Assembly (NCBI GenBank): GCA_002104945.1 | Contig: MCFH01000032.1 | Span: 124,001 to 188,000, forward strand | Reading direction: 5' to 3' | Origin: Piromyces finnis finn | Lineage: Eukaryota > Fungi > Neocallimastigomycota | Length of the DNA: 64,000 nucleotides | Shown here: positions 12,078-24,418 of the stretch, piece by piece | Layout: each line of letters opens with the position of its first letter | Position numbering within the stretch: the first letter of the stretch is position 1 | Notes under the pieces: generated by a model | The model's database searches: none | Told to the model about the DNA's origin: nothing | Seen by the model: only the letters and a program-made list of their open reading frames with translations | Position numbers and translations under genes: made by a program

Positions 12078-13354
12078 AAATTTTTTTTTTAAGAATTCCA
12101 GTAGATTTAAACCTAAAATGCTTGTAATATCTTTTTTTTTTAAAAAAAAAAAAAATAAAATAATTATAATATTAAAAAAATATTATATTTTTTACAAATT
12201 ACAAATTGTCAAAATTAATTAAGGAAATCCGAAAAGTTTATTTGATTAATTAAAAAAAAAAAAAAAGGAATACTTTATATCTTAAATGAATAACTATGAA
12301 AAATTGTTTGTTTACTTTTTAATATTAATTCAATTAAATCATTGTATATTTTAAATAGTTTAGAATGCCAATTTATTATAATATGCAACATATTTAGACT
12401 GTAATATTAGAATTTATTAATAAAATAATCATGGTTATTATTAGTTTATTATCATTCATAATTTTGTTCAAAAAATCTACACAAAAAAAAAATGTATGGC
12501 TTAATAAAATTTTATAAAGTTGGAGAGAAGAAATTTTCTTTATATTTTTTCAAAGTGACAAAAGGTAGAGATGTAATGTTTTAATCTTTTTATGCAAAAT
12601 TTATACTAATTAGTTATAAAAAGAAAATATTAAAATGAAATTATTTTGAAATAAATAATTAACAAATATATCCATTGCATTTTCTGGACTAAAAATAGTA
12701 TTATAAAAACGCCGTTATCTTTTTTAATTTCCAAAAAAACTCGTCACTAATAATAAAAAAAATATATATAAAATATAAAAAGTATCCTTTTCATTAACTA
12801 TGTTAATAAGTTATAATTGTATATTTATAAATTAAATAAATACTGTTATAATAAATATATTTTTTATGACAGTTCAAAACGTAGCATTAAGGAATATTCC
12901 AATTTTCCAATTTCACAAGCTTAAGCCTTTTTTTTTTTTTTTAAACTTTTTATCTCAATAAAATTGTTATTAATTATCTATAATTTTATAATTTTAATAA
13001 TAGTATTATTATATTATATTTTTTATATATTACTTCCTTCCATACAATACTTATTACCATAAAATATTCTTAAGTATTATTTATCTTTAACACTTCTCTT
13101 TTATTTCAAGTAATGTCTAGTTTGTTTGGTTGATTGTTTTTTAAAGGGATATAAAAATATTATTAATAAAAAGTACTGCCCAAAATAAACTAAATTTAAA
13201 AAAAAAATTTCAATGGCAGGTAATGGCTTAATTTATTTATTTATTAACACAAAAAAAATATAAATAGAAACAGAATTTCTTTATAAAAATAATTTGAATT
13301 TGAAAAATAATTTGAATTTGAAAAATAATATGAATAAATTACTATCTATCAATA

Positions 13355-15074
13355 ATGGATGTTGAAAATTTTATTTCAAAATTTATTACCTATTTAAAAA
13401 AAAATGATAAGAAATGTATAGAATTATTAGAGAACAACGAAAAATTTGTTAATAGCAATTTTGTCTATAATACCGATACAAAAATAATAAATAAATTTGT
13501 TGAAGAATTAAATGATGCCATTCTTAATGCAAAGCAGAAATATAAATTATTTGAAATAGTACTAAAAAATCCATCTTTAAAAAAGATTTATTCAGCATTT
13601 AAAAAGAGTAATATTTTAATTCAAGCTTGTAAATTTGGAAATGTAAAAGCAATTAAATGGCTTATAACAATGAATATTAATCCTTATGTTCAAGATAAAG
13701 AAGGAATGTCAGCCTTAATGTATGCTGTTCAAAATTTAGATTTATTATTTGTAGTAACAAAATATCAAAATGATTTTAAATGTTGTAATCTTGAGGATGA
13801 AAATGGAAATAATATACTATTTTATTCGATACATAATATTACAGCAATTTTACAACTATCTGAAGTAGACATTAATCATTTAAATCACGATCATGAAACT
13901 GTACTTCTTTATTGTTGTAAAAACAAAATTTACGATCCCTTAAAATTTATACTTGGTTATTCCGGAATAGATTTTAATATTACAGATTCTAAGGGGAAAA
14001 CAGCACTAATGTATTTAGTAGAAAATGGAAGAGAAAATGAAATAGGTTATTTTTCCTTATTACAAAGTGGAAACTCATTCAATTTCAACTATATTAATGA
14101 TCATGGTGAATCAGCATTATCTACCATTATCAAACGAATGTATTGTAAAGATGGTCATGTAAATGGAAAAGGCACTTATAAACAAATGATCAAAATTTTA
14201 GTTTGTTTTATTAAAGCGGAAGTTGATTTTAATATAGTTGTTGATGAAGATGGAAATACAGCATTAATGGCATTTCTTATTGCTCGTGATTTCGATACTT
14301 TCAATTTTGTTGTTCTTACCTCAAAAAATTTAGACTTTTCAAAGAAAAATAAATTTGGCGAAAATGTTACTTCTTTAATCCTTAAAATCGGTGGAGATTA
14401 TTTCCCAAAAAAAACAAGAGTTTCAACAACAACCATCATTTGATTTTAAATATATTGATCCAATTAATAAAAATACCGCATTAATATTAGCTGTTATTAA
14501 TCAGTCTTTTAGCTTGGATCAAATTATTAAACATAATTATCAATCTATTAATATGGTGAATATGTATCATGAAAATGCATTAATTATAGCCTCCAAAATG
14601 AATTATATTGATGCGGTTAAATTTCTTTTAAGTCGATGTATTCATGTGAATCAACAAGACAATCTCGGTAATACAGCACTTCATTATGCTGTTAAATATA
14701 AAAATATTCATATAATTTATGAATTAGTAAATCAAGAAGCTGATATTGATCTTAAAAATAATGAAAATGAATCAGCTTGGGAAATTGCTCAAAAATCAAA
14801 AGATAAAATAATTATAAAAGCTTTAAGTGGTGATCTTCAGTTATCAGAAATAAAAAATGATATTTCCTTCCATCCTACAATAACTTCACAATTAAAAGAA
14901 TATTTATATATTGGTACCTCAAATTTATATATTACTATTGAAAGAAATGATGAAAGACAAATTGAAATTAATGAAGCATATAAAGCCTTTATTAATGAAG
15001 TTTTATACAAAATGAGACAAGAAAAACCTTCATATAACGCTCTTATAAATGAAATGTGTTTTCCTTATAAATGA
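13355..15074 (+). CDS. Ankyrin-repeat protein, split into two overlapping ORFs by a +1 shift in an A8 run near 14410
   Basis: Multiple ANK motifs (QDKEGMSALMYA, DSKGKTALMYL, DEDGNTALMAF, QDNLGNTALHYAV). Removing one A from CCCAAAAAAAACAAG fuses 13355-14443 with 14391-15074. No introns seen. Confidence 0.85.
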
Positions 15075-16274
15075 AATGTATTTTCCTTAAAAATACCTTT
15101 TTTTTTAATAATATAAATTTATTAAAAAAAGTTTAAAAAAAATATTTAAATAAATGCATAATCAAAATATACAAAACAAAAATAAAACACTATGAATTAT
15201 ACTTTATTATTAAGTACAAGTTTTGTTAATAAATATTCTTTTTTTTTTTTTTTTTTTTTTTTTTGCATATTAAAAGTTTATTATTTAAATTACATTATTA
15301 AATATTGTATTTACTATCAGAGATATTTATTATTTTATTCGCGTTTACTATTATCCTTATTCTTGATTATAGTTTTTAAATATGTAAAGGTTTAAATAAA
15401 AATTAAAAAATAAAAAAACAGAGATTTTATTACTTTTTTTGTTATTTGATGAGGGTTAAGAATACTGTTTTATTTCTTTTTTTTATTTCCAAAGGGTTAA
15501 GACTATATTTAATTTTTCTAACCTTTTGAATATTTCCTAAAATTAAAACACTATTAAAATATTAATAAGTTTATAGGATACAAACTTTTTTCGATTAATA
15601 GTGTAACAGCTAGCATTAAATAAGATCATTAAAAAATTAAATTCTTATTAAAAAAACATTATTATTTTAAAAGTTTTACTTTTAAAAAAAAAGATTTTTT
15701 TATATTATTTTATAACAAATTTATAGGATTATACAAATTATAACTCATAGAAAACTAAATATCATTAATCTATATTTTTTATATTCATTTTATAAAGAAT
15801 TTTTTTTTAAAAAAAAAATAATTTAAAAGATGCTGATATTATAAATTAATAATTATTTTAAAATAATTAATTTCGTATAATGAATTAATATCATATCAAA
15901 TTAATATTATTTTTTAATAATAGGAAAAAGGTAATTTTTTATCTAATATATATTATTATTTCTAAAAGATATGATTTACTGAGTAAGATTAAGCCTATTT
16001 TTAGTTTAGTACATTTAAATATAAAACTTCAATTTAGTCATAAAAATTTTTAGTGTATTTCTCACACTTTTCATTAAAAGAAACACAAAAAAAATTGATG
16101 ATGGGGTGATAAATATCTTAAACTAGCATATGGACCATTTGGAGTAGATGAATAAAATTTATAGTTAAAACCAATTTTTTTTTTATTCTTTGCATTAGTC
16201 AAATACTATAGTATAAAAAAAAAGGTCATAAACTAAAAATTTTAAAATAAATAGTATTTTTAGATGAATGCCTA

Positions 16275-16850
16275 TTAATTATATCTGAACCACATTTCAT
16301 TCTTATCATTCAAGATTTCTAAATAACCAGTAAAACCACCATAACAAGCAGACATTCCAATATCAATAATAATTAATTTATCATTACATCTGGTAATCAT
16401 TTCTTCATAGTTTTGAATAGTATGACCAACAATCATTCTTTTTGTCTAAATTATCATAAATAAATATAATGTTAATATAATCATTTATAATATAAATTAA
16501 TTGATGAAGAATATAAAAATAAATTATAATAATAAAAATAATAATACTATTGATAAAACTAAAAATAAGTACTTACAATTTGTAAAAGAACGGTTTTCTT
16601 TAGCAATCTATTGACTCATTTTATCAATAATTTTTGCATTACGTAAAATAGTAACTAATTTTTGATAATCTTCATGAATATCACCGAAAGCAACAACACG
16701 TTTATAATCCTTTTTAGAGAGTTTCTTTTGATGACCACGACTAAGTAAGTTATCTTTCCAGTGGAAAATAGAATTAAGTTTGTTTGATTTAAATTTTGTA
16801 CAAAGAAGCGTCTTGAGTATTGGAAATTCCTTTAAAGTTTCATTTTTGTT
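16275..16850 (-). pseudogene. Metallophosphoesterase (Shewanella-like PPP phosphatase family) pseudogene
   Basis: RVVAFGDIHEDY motif followed by an in-frame TAG and a frameshift. Second exon RMIVGHTIQ...RCNDKLIIIDIGMSACYGG. The central GDxxDRG and GNHE motifs are absent. Confidence 0.75.
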
Positions 16851-17131
16851 ACATTCTAAATTTGTTAAAGATATTTATAGTTAAATGACTCAAATTAAAA
16901 TTAAAGTAATTAAATAATTTTTTAATTAATTTATTTTATTAAATTAAAGTTTATGATTAAAGTTACACAATATAAAAATAATATTTTATATATTTATAAG
17001 TAAAAGATATGAATTATATATAAAACATATGTAATTACTTTATAATAAACTATGATAATGTTATTTTCTTTTTTTAAGTATAGTATATATATAAAAAAGA
17101 AAAATTAATAATAATTATTATTGTCTTTTTT

Positions 17132-20100
17132 TTATATGTTATATAGAATTCCTTTAGAACAGTATAATCTAAAGTTTATTGATTGACCTAATTTAATATC
17201 ACATCCTTTTTCTTGTAATTTTGCTTCTAATAAACTTATTTCATTATCAAACATTTCTTCATTTTCTTTAGTACAAGTTAACTCTTTTCTCCATAATTCT
17301 GGTTTATACGATAACATGTTAAAAATACTCCATTCATAGTTTTTAAATTCATCACTTATTAAATATCTAGATATAACCTTTTGAATAGCGTAAAAATAAT
17401 CCTTTTGTTTAATAAAAAGATTATTTTTTTTAAAATATTCATCCAAAATATTAATTTGTTGTTCGTCCAATTCATTATTGGCTTTACTTGAAACGTATTT
17501 CTCGATATTTTTAAAATTTTTTGCTTCTAAATAGTCATATATATTAATTAATTGATTTAATTTAATTTTGCATGAATCCTTCTTATGAACCTCAAGAATA
17601 AATTGATAAAACTCTTCATCTAGTTTACCGCTTTTCCTGGGTAATTTATCTATTTCATCCATTAAAATTTCATCTCCATTAATATTTTTTTCATTTGCAA
17701 AATATACAAATAGATTTTGTAAATTGCTTAAAATAGAATAGATATCAATTGATGTTGCTATTATAGCATGTTTGATACATTTTTTATCTTCATTGGATAA
17801 ACGTTTTTCCTTTTGTAGCTTTTGTTTGAAATTTAGTACAATATTAAAGTCTTTGGTAAATCTTTCATATTTATATGAAATAAAGTTTTGTTCATCTTTA
17901 GATTTTAACAATATTTTCCCTGGAAGTAATAGATTACAAAGTTCTACTTCAATTCTTTGAAAATCATAAACCACATTTTTATAATTGGTATAACTAAGTT
18001 TTCCGTTTTTTTCCTTAAAGTATTTATTATATGAAAATACAGAGATAACATCCTTGATTGAGCCATAAAGATCATTATTAATATTAAATGAGATAATTTC
18101 GTTGTATGTTGTATCTTGAACCGTATTATAGTTTTCTAATTGATTTTGAAAAGGTTTCAAGTAATATTTTAGATTATTTTCCGGAATCAATGATTTTAAA
18201 ATTTCATTATGAATAGAAATAATATCGTTATAATAGGTAGCTATGTATTTTCCATAACCATCTTCGACAGTATCATTTAAAACATATGCCAGGCAATCAT
18301 TTTCATCAATATTCTTTGGAGTTAATTCACCATGACAATCAAAGTTGGTTAAAATTTCAAATATATTATTCCAACCTTTTTTAAAATTTACAAAAAGATT
18401 TTTCATTTTTTCATCCTTTTCTAGCTCACTTTTTATACTTATTTGTTTTGCTTCTATTCTTGCTAATTTATTGGAATACTTTTCCAATACATATACAACA
18501 AATGGGTTTATGAATTGGAAACTTTCCAAGATTTTTATTTTATCAGGCATTTTGTGGGAATATTTGAAATAAGTAGTGAGTACAGGATATTTGTACACCT
18601 CATCGGGAATGTCATTAAATAATTTATAAAATTCATCGTATGTAGAGTAATTTACAGCATAAAAATATCTTATCAAAGGAAACTCGTTATTAGGTAGACG
18701 TTCAATGTCAGAGGTTTCTTCTAAAATGCATTTTATGGTGAAGTCATCGTAATTAAGAATGTCATTTCTATCTTTTATGGATTGTTGATAGAAATTATTA
18801 AAATTGGATTCTATAAGAGCAGATTCAATTATTTCATTACATTCTTTTTCAAATTGGTTTCTTTCCTCCGCTGTCACCATCTTCATATCATTACTTAATA
18901 TTAAGTGGGCAATCTTTGGAATTATCATATTTAAAAAGCATGGAACTTTATTTTCAACACCTCTTCTTCCCAACTCAATATTTAATGTATGCCAGATATC
19001 ATTTAAAATTGAAAGCATTGATTGATTGGAATCTAAATACGAAAATTCTTTTAATCCATTTTCCCCAATATATTTTAATTTTCCGTCAATGTATAGGCAT
19101 GAGAAAAAAATAAAACTTAATATTCTATAGGTAACATTAGAAATATTTCTTATTTTCTTGTGAAAATTATGGAAACAGTTTTTGTGTAATCTTCTAAATC
19201 CAGGAGTTTCTTCATTTATTTTTTGATTAATATCATTTAATAAATTATCAATAAGTATACCAGGAATATGTGGGAAACGATTTCTTTCCTCTTGATTTGA
19301 ATAAATTCTCATATGACCTTCTCTTGGAATCAATATATGATTATTACCACTGATATATTGTTTACAATTGGTACAAATAAATATTCCCCCAGGTTGTGTA
19401 CAATTCTCCAGATAGTATGACTTTCCACAATCACATACATAGGCACCAAATAGGCGGGTACTATTATTGTTAAAGTATTCTTGAATTTCTTTTGCCGAAT
19501 CCACTAATAGAGTATGGTATATTTCACCACCTGGAATGTATAAATTTTTAAGATTTTCCACAACATTATCTGAAATAATATCAGAATAAAAGGTATTTGG
19601 CTTTGAAAGTGAACTTATTAACGCAAATTTATTGGCGTACATTAACACTTCGAATTCTGTATTGGATAAATTTTTAATAGTATTATACTCACTGCTTAAT
19701 GAGTCGTAGTCATAATAAATTTTTAAAATATTTTCGGAAGGTGTCGGTAAATTTAATTTACATAGTGTTTCGGTAAGATAGCAGCATAACTTTTTATAGT
19801 ATGATTCGTTAAATTTTTCCGACTGAATGAAACTTGATATTTCTTTATTTATTATCAAGTCATAAAAGACCAAAAGTGTATCTTTATTTAACATCTCATT
19901 TAGTTCATGATCATTTTTATTTTGAAATTCAGCAACTTTATTTATGTTATACAATTCACTAAACTTTTTATATAGTTCGAAGGAGCCCTCTTGTAAAAAT
20001 AAATGGTTTAAACCGAAATTTGACTTTTCTGAAAAATCAAAATCATTTATAAATAACTGCTTTTTATTTATAAATTTCAGTAAATCTGAATAATCTTTTA

Positions 20101-21619
20101 TAATGATTTTATTTAATACCCTCAAGATATAAATCTTTACTATTTTATTCAGGTTTGTTTTGTCTAAAAATTCAAATACTTGAGATAAATTTAAATTTGT
20201 AGCACCTTCCTTATGGAGAATATTGCATAGGTGGAAACAATAACATTTTATATATGAAATTGTAAATAATATGTTTATCTTGTTTTTGCCTGTGATCTCA
20301 CATTTATTCACTTCTATATAGGTAACAAATTTTTTAAATAGAAGGAAGGATTGCTTTAAAATCTTGTCTTCATCATCATACTGAGAATCAAAATAATTGA
20401 TGACATAGTCATTAAATACTGATATTAAAACCTCGTCAACCAAATAATTAGTAGTTTGATTTAAGTATTTAAAAATACTATTGATGTTTCTATCATTTTG
20501 TAGTTCTAAGAAATTAAAACCATTTAAATCATTGGGAACATCATTATTGTTATTATTATTTTTGTTCTTATATTTAAAAATTGTGTATTTATTGAAAAGG
20601 GATTTAAAAAAATTTTTAAATTTAAAAATATTCCCTTCTTGTGAACAAACAGTCTTTAAAAGTTGGCTTTGATATTTATCATCTTTACATTCATTTATTT
20701 TATTATTTATTAATTTTACCACTAAAGTTTCATAGATATATGATGGTAATTTTTCTTTTAAGAAGTTGAATTCCTCTTCAATCAGATGATCATTAGCATT
20801 TCCTAAAAGATAATAATAGTGTAAATTAAAATGTTCATTTTCTTTCTTTAAAATTCCTAAGTAATAGGATAAATAAGATTTTAAAGAAACAATGGTATCA
20901 TTAAAGGCTTCTTTAACGTAGATAAAATCTTGAATATAGAATAGTTGCTTAAATTCTAATTTCAATTTAAAACTTGTTTTCATCGATAAATCCCTTAATT
21001 CTTTTAATTTTTCTGTAAATAAATCAATACTTTGAATAGATACATCATTGTTATTGAACCATTCTTCAAGATTAAGAATATGATTAAAGGTACATTCATA
21101 TAAATTATATATAATTTGTATCTCCCTTGAAATTTCACTTTTTCCTATATAAATTAGATTTATTGTTTTTACATCAAATTTAGAAAGTGAATTGAAATAA
21201 TCAATATACTCTGTCAAACCCATTAGATAGTCTTTAAATGACACAATAAATAAAACAAACTTTGCTACATTTTTCTTTGTATAATTATTTAAAGATCTAA
21301 ATAATAAATTATAGAGCCTAAGATACAATTTAAACATATATTCATTAGCTATTGGTTTTTTAGATTTAGATAAATAAAAGTAAATATAATCCCTCAATAC
21401 ATTATATTCATTGTTATTATATTTATTAAATACGACTTCATTTAAGAATATTTCATCATTGAATTTCTTAATAATAATATCATTTTCAAAATTCTTATTA
21501 AAAACTAAAGCTTCAAAGTAAGACTTTTTCAAGCTTATAATATATTCAAATATGACCTTGAATTCGGTACATGATCTATCATTTTGTTGTTGTTGTTGTT
21601 GTTGTTGATTATAATTCAT
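17132..21619 (-). CDS. RNF213 (mysterin)-like E3 module: RZ-type zinc finger plus C-terminal domain, lacking the AAA+ core (1495 aa, intronless ORF)
   Basis: CDCGKSYYLENCTQPGGIFICTNCKQYISGNNH (19337-19435) has RZ-finger spacing. Downstream blocks (YRILSFIF, LARIEAKQISI, FKKGWNNI, YDFQRIEVELCNLLLPGK) recall the RNF213 C-terminal region. Recognised from memory, no search run. Confidence 0.75.
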   Translation of the reverse strand: MNYNQQQQQQQQNDRSCTEFKVIFEYIISLKKSYFEALVFNKNFENDIIIKKFNDEIFLNEVVFNKYNNNEYNVLRDYIYFYLSKSKKPIANEYMFKLYLRLYNLLFRSLNNYTKKNVAKFVLFIVSFKDYLMGLTEYIDYFNSLSKFDVKTINLIYIGKSEISREIQIIYNLYECTFNHILNLEEWFNNNDVSIQSIDLFTEKLKELRDLSMKTSFKLKLEFKQLFYIQDFIYVKEAFNDTIVSLKSYLSYYLGILKKENEHFNLHYYYLLGNANDHLIEEEFNFLKEKLPSYIYETLVVKLINNKINECKDDKYQSQLLKTVCSQEGNIFKFKNFFKSLFNKYTIFKYKNKNNNNNNDVPNDLNGFNFLELQNDRNINSIFKYLNQTTNYLVDEVLISVFNDYVINYFDSQYDDEDKILKQSFLLFKKFVTYIEVNKCEITGKNKINILFTISYIKCYCFHLCNILHKEGATNLNLSQVFEFLDKTNLNKIVKIYILRVLNKIIIKDYSDLLKFINKKQLFINDFDFSEKSNFGLNHLFLQEGSFELYKKFSELYNINKVAEFQNKNDHELNEMLNKDTLLVFYDLIINKEISSFIQSEKFNESYYKKLCCYLTETLCKLNLPTPSENILKIYYDYDSLSSEYNTIKNLSNTEFEVLMYANKFALISSLSKPNTFYSDIISDNVVENLKNLYIPGGEIYHTLLVDSAKEIQEYFNNNSTRLFGAYVCDCGKSYYLENCTQPGGIFICTNCKQYISGNNHILIPREGHMRIYSNQEERNRFPHIPGILIDNLLNDINQKINEETPGFRRLHKNCFHNFHKKIRNISNVTYRILSFIFFSCLYIDGKLKYIGENGLKEFSYLDSNQSMLSILNDIWHTLNIELGRRGVENKVPCFLNMIIPKIAHLILSNDMKMVTAEERNQFEKECNEIIESALIESNFNNFYQQSIKDRNDILNYDDFTIKCILEETSDIERLPNNEFPLIRYFYAVNYSTYDEFYKLFNDIPDEVYKYPVLTTYFKYSHKMPDKIKILESFQFINPFVVYVLEKYSNKLARIEAKQISIKSELEKDEKMKNLFVNFKKGWNNIFEILTNFDCHGELTPKNIDENDCLAYVLNDTVEDGYGKYIATYYNDIISIHNEILKSLIPENNLKYYLKPFQNQLENYNTVQDTTYNEIISFNINNDLYGSIKDVISVFSYNKYFKEKNGKLSYTNYKNVVYDFQRIEVELCNLLLPGKILLKSKDEQNFISYKYERFTKDFNIVLNFKQKLQKEKRLSNEDKKCIKHAIIATSIDIYSILSNLQNLFVYFANEKNINGDEILMDEIDKLPRKSGKLDEEFYQFILEVHKKDSCKIKLNQLINIYDYLEAKNFKNIEKYVSSKANNELDEQQINILDEYFKKNNLFIKQKDYFYAIQKVISRYLISDEFKNYEWSIFNMLSYKPELWRKELTCTKENEEMFDNEISLLEAKLQEKGCDIKLGQSINFRLYCSKGILYNI

Positions 21620-21884
21620 TTGTAGGTAATTAAATTTAAGTAAGTCTTATAATTTTATGAATTATAAATATTATAAATAAAATAAAAAAAAAAAAAAAAA
21701 ACTTTAAACAAATTTTTCATATACTTTTTTTTTATAATTCTCTTTCTGTATGTTTTTAAGATTATATAGAAAATTGGACTTTTAATTTTATTCTAATAAA
21801 AAAAAATAGCCAATAATCAAAGGGTTATACAAAAGTAAAAGTGTGTAGAATAAATAATGAATTATGGATTAATAAATTAGATAT

Positions 21885-21922
<38 letters not shown>

Positions 21923-22642
21923 TTAAAAATAGAAATAATAGTCATGTTATATAAAATGAATATTTTTTTATTTAAAAAATATTATTAGTCTTGTAAAGAA
22001 AATATTTATATTTGGACCTTTTTTATGTTGTAGAAAATAACGTCTAGATAAATAATGATTTTATTTAATTATTATTTGTCCTTATTACTATTTTATAATC
22101 CTAATGTACTATTAATATAATATCATTGTTATGATTAATAATGATATTATATTAATAATACTTGTAATTTAAAATATCTTTTAATGATATCAAAAACGAA
22201 AAAATATATTGAAAAGTTTATAGAAAAATGAATTATTAATAATAATCATATTTTATTTCAACAAAATTAATTCCTTATTATTATTTTAATTTTGATAATA
22301 ATAATGTGAACATTTATGGACACATAATTTTTCAAATTATAAAAATATAAACATGTATTAAAAATGTTGTAAACGTAATGTCTACGTGTTGTAGAGATAG
22401 TTATTTTTTATTTATTTTATTTTATTTTCTATGGTAACATGACCTTATATCTTATTATATAACAGTAACATTTACAATGTAACTTTTTCTCTTTGTTAAC
22501 CTTATGAATAAAAATCGATTTCACAGTTAAGTTATAATAATAATAATAATAATAACCGAATTAATTTTTATCCTAAATTTTATTTAAACCCTTTGTTTAT
22601 TTTGATACCAAAAAAAGTATTTAAGAAATTAAAAGGTTTTCA

Positions 22643-23298
22643 TGTCAAAATCACAATTCATGAAATTTGACATTTCATGAAATTTCATAATTTTGAATTA
22701 TTAGTTAAATTAATTAAAATATTAATTTAATAATATTTTACTAATAATAGTTTATTTAATATAAATATTAATTGGGAAGCTATTTATTATCCGGAGATAA
22801 ATAGTGTAATAATTAATTAATATTAAACAAACCAATTAGTAAAGTAAGATTCATTTAAATAATTATTAATATTATTTTTAACAACTTATTACTATCGATA
22901 TTTAAAGAAAATTATATTATTATTATTATATTTTATTAATATTTATATTTATATTATTATACATGTATAACTTAAATTATATTATTATTATACTTTATTA
23001 ATATCAACATTATATTAAAAATGAAAGTATAAATAAGTTGAACAAAGAACAACTTTAAGAAGTTCTTTGTGAGATTATTATACTCATTTTTATATAGTAA
23101 ATTCAATATTTAAAATTAATAATTATCATTTATTTATATTATAAAAATTAAATAAAATAATTATTAAAAAAAACTACATTTATTATTCTTTTGTTTTAAA
23201 CTTTATTGTTAACACTAATAATTACTATAAAAATTATAAAAGGATTAGATATTATTCATAAAATGTTTAAATTATTATATTTTTCTATGCATCTTGTA
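22643..23298 (+). mobile_element. Solo LTR of family A (same family as element 1), opposite genomic orientation; right end diverged
   Basis: Starts TGTCAAAATCACAATTCATG and matches the reverse complement of 11438-12077 closely to about 23180, then diverges. Right boundary approximate; no clean TSD. Confidence 0.85.
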
Positions 23299-23305
23299 TT
23301 ATTAA

Positions 23306-24416
23306 TGATGCGATGACCAATATATTTTTGAATAATATAATATTATTAATAAATAATAAATTCTAGGATTTAGATGAAACAATAAAATACGTTTTATAAT
23401 TAACAAACAAATCTCTTAAACTCAAAAAAATAAACTCTTTTAATTATGTTTTTAAATTATCTTTTTATTATATTTTTATTTTCTATTTATTGTCTTTTTA
23501 TTCTCTATTTATTGTCCCCTTTTTATAAAGAAGAATTTTATCTTCTTTTTATACATTTTCATTTATTACATGTATTATTATTTTTAACTATTAAATATTA
23601 TTATTACTATTGTTATTATTTATTAAAATTAAAAGAATAAATTAAAATTATGTCTTAGTATTATAAAATATTATAGAATATTACTTATTTGATTTTCTTA
23701 TTACTTCAAAATGCTTAAACTAAAAAATTATTATAAATTATCATTAACTATCATTAAATGTATAATACCTTGAATAATTATTTTAAAAATTATTTCTACT
23801 AACAAAACTTGACGTTAACCTATTTTATAATAATTAAAATTATTTTATTTATATCTAATAACTGTTACACCTAAATGGTTTAGTTCTATTTTTAGTACTA
23901 GTCATTACCATTAATTAAATTAATATAACAAAAATTCTTATTGATATATTTTAAATTTTTTGTAAAGTCATAAGAAATGTTTATAATCCATATTGGCTAT
24001 ATTATATCATATTGATTTTAATTTACCTATTAGAATCTTTAAATGATCATATCTCCCTTAAATGGTCAGTTAGAAGGAACGCTATTGTACCAAAATGTAA
24101 CTTTTTCATCAAACTTTCTAATAAACTTGGTTTTATTTAGGAGAGATACGCCTTGTTTCGTGTTTGTTTATTTTTCATTAAGGGTTATAGTGTATTGATG
24201 TTAAATTTTTGAAGTCATAACCCTTACACTCAATCTAATATCAAAAGGTTAACTTTTAAAGGTGTTTTAAAATAATTATTGAAGTTATTTAATTATAGTT
24301 TTTATATTTAATTAATTATAGATATTATCTGAATTTGTTTTGAATCCAGTTAATATCTTTACATCGGTTTATTCAGCTAGTTTTTATTATATTTTTGTAT
24401 GAGTAGCAAACTATCG
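23306..24416. mobile_element. Solo-LTR-like element, family B' (about 1.1 kb; ends related to family B, interior diverged)
   Basis: Begins TGATGCGATGACC like 24419 and shares about 450 bp with it. Ends ...ATTCAGCTAGTTTTTA...GAGTAGC like the 25506 end. Confidence 0.7.
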
Positions 24417-24418
24417 AA

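Noticed and set aside
17132-21619. Horizontal transfer as the origin of the intronless RNF213-like ORF
   Set aside because: Lack of introns alone is insufficient, and no phylogeny or codon analysis could be run.
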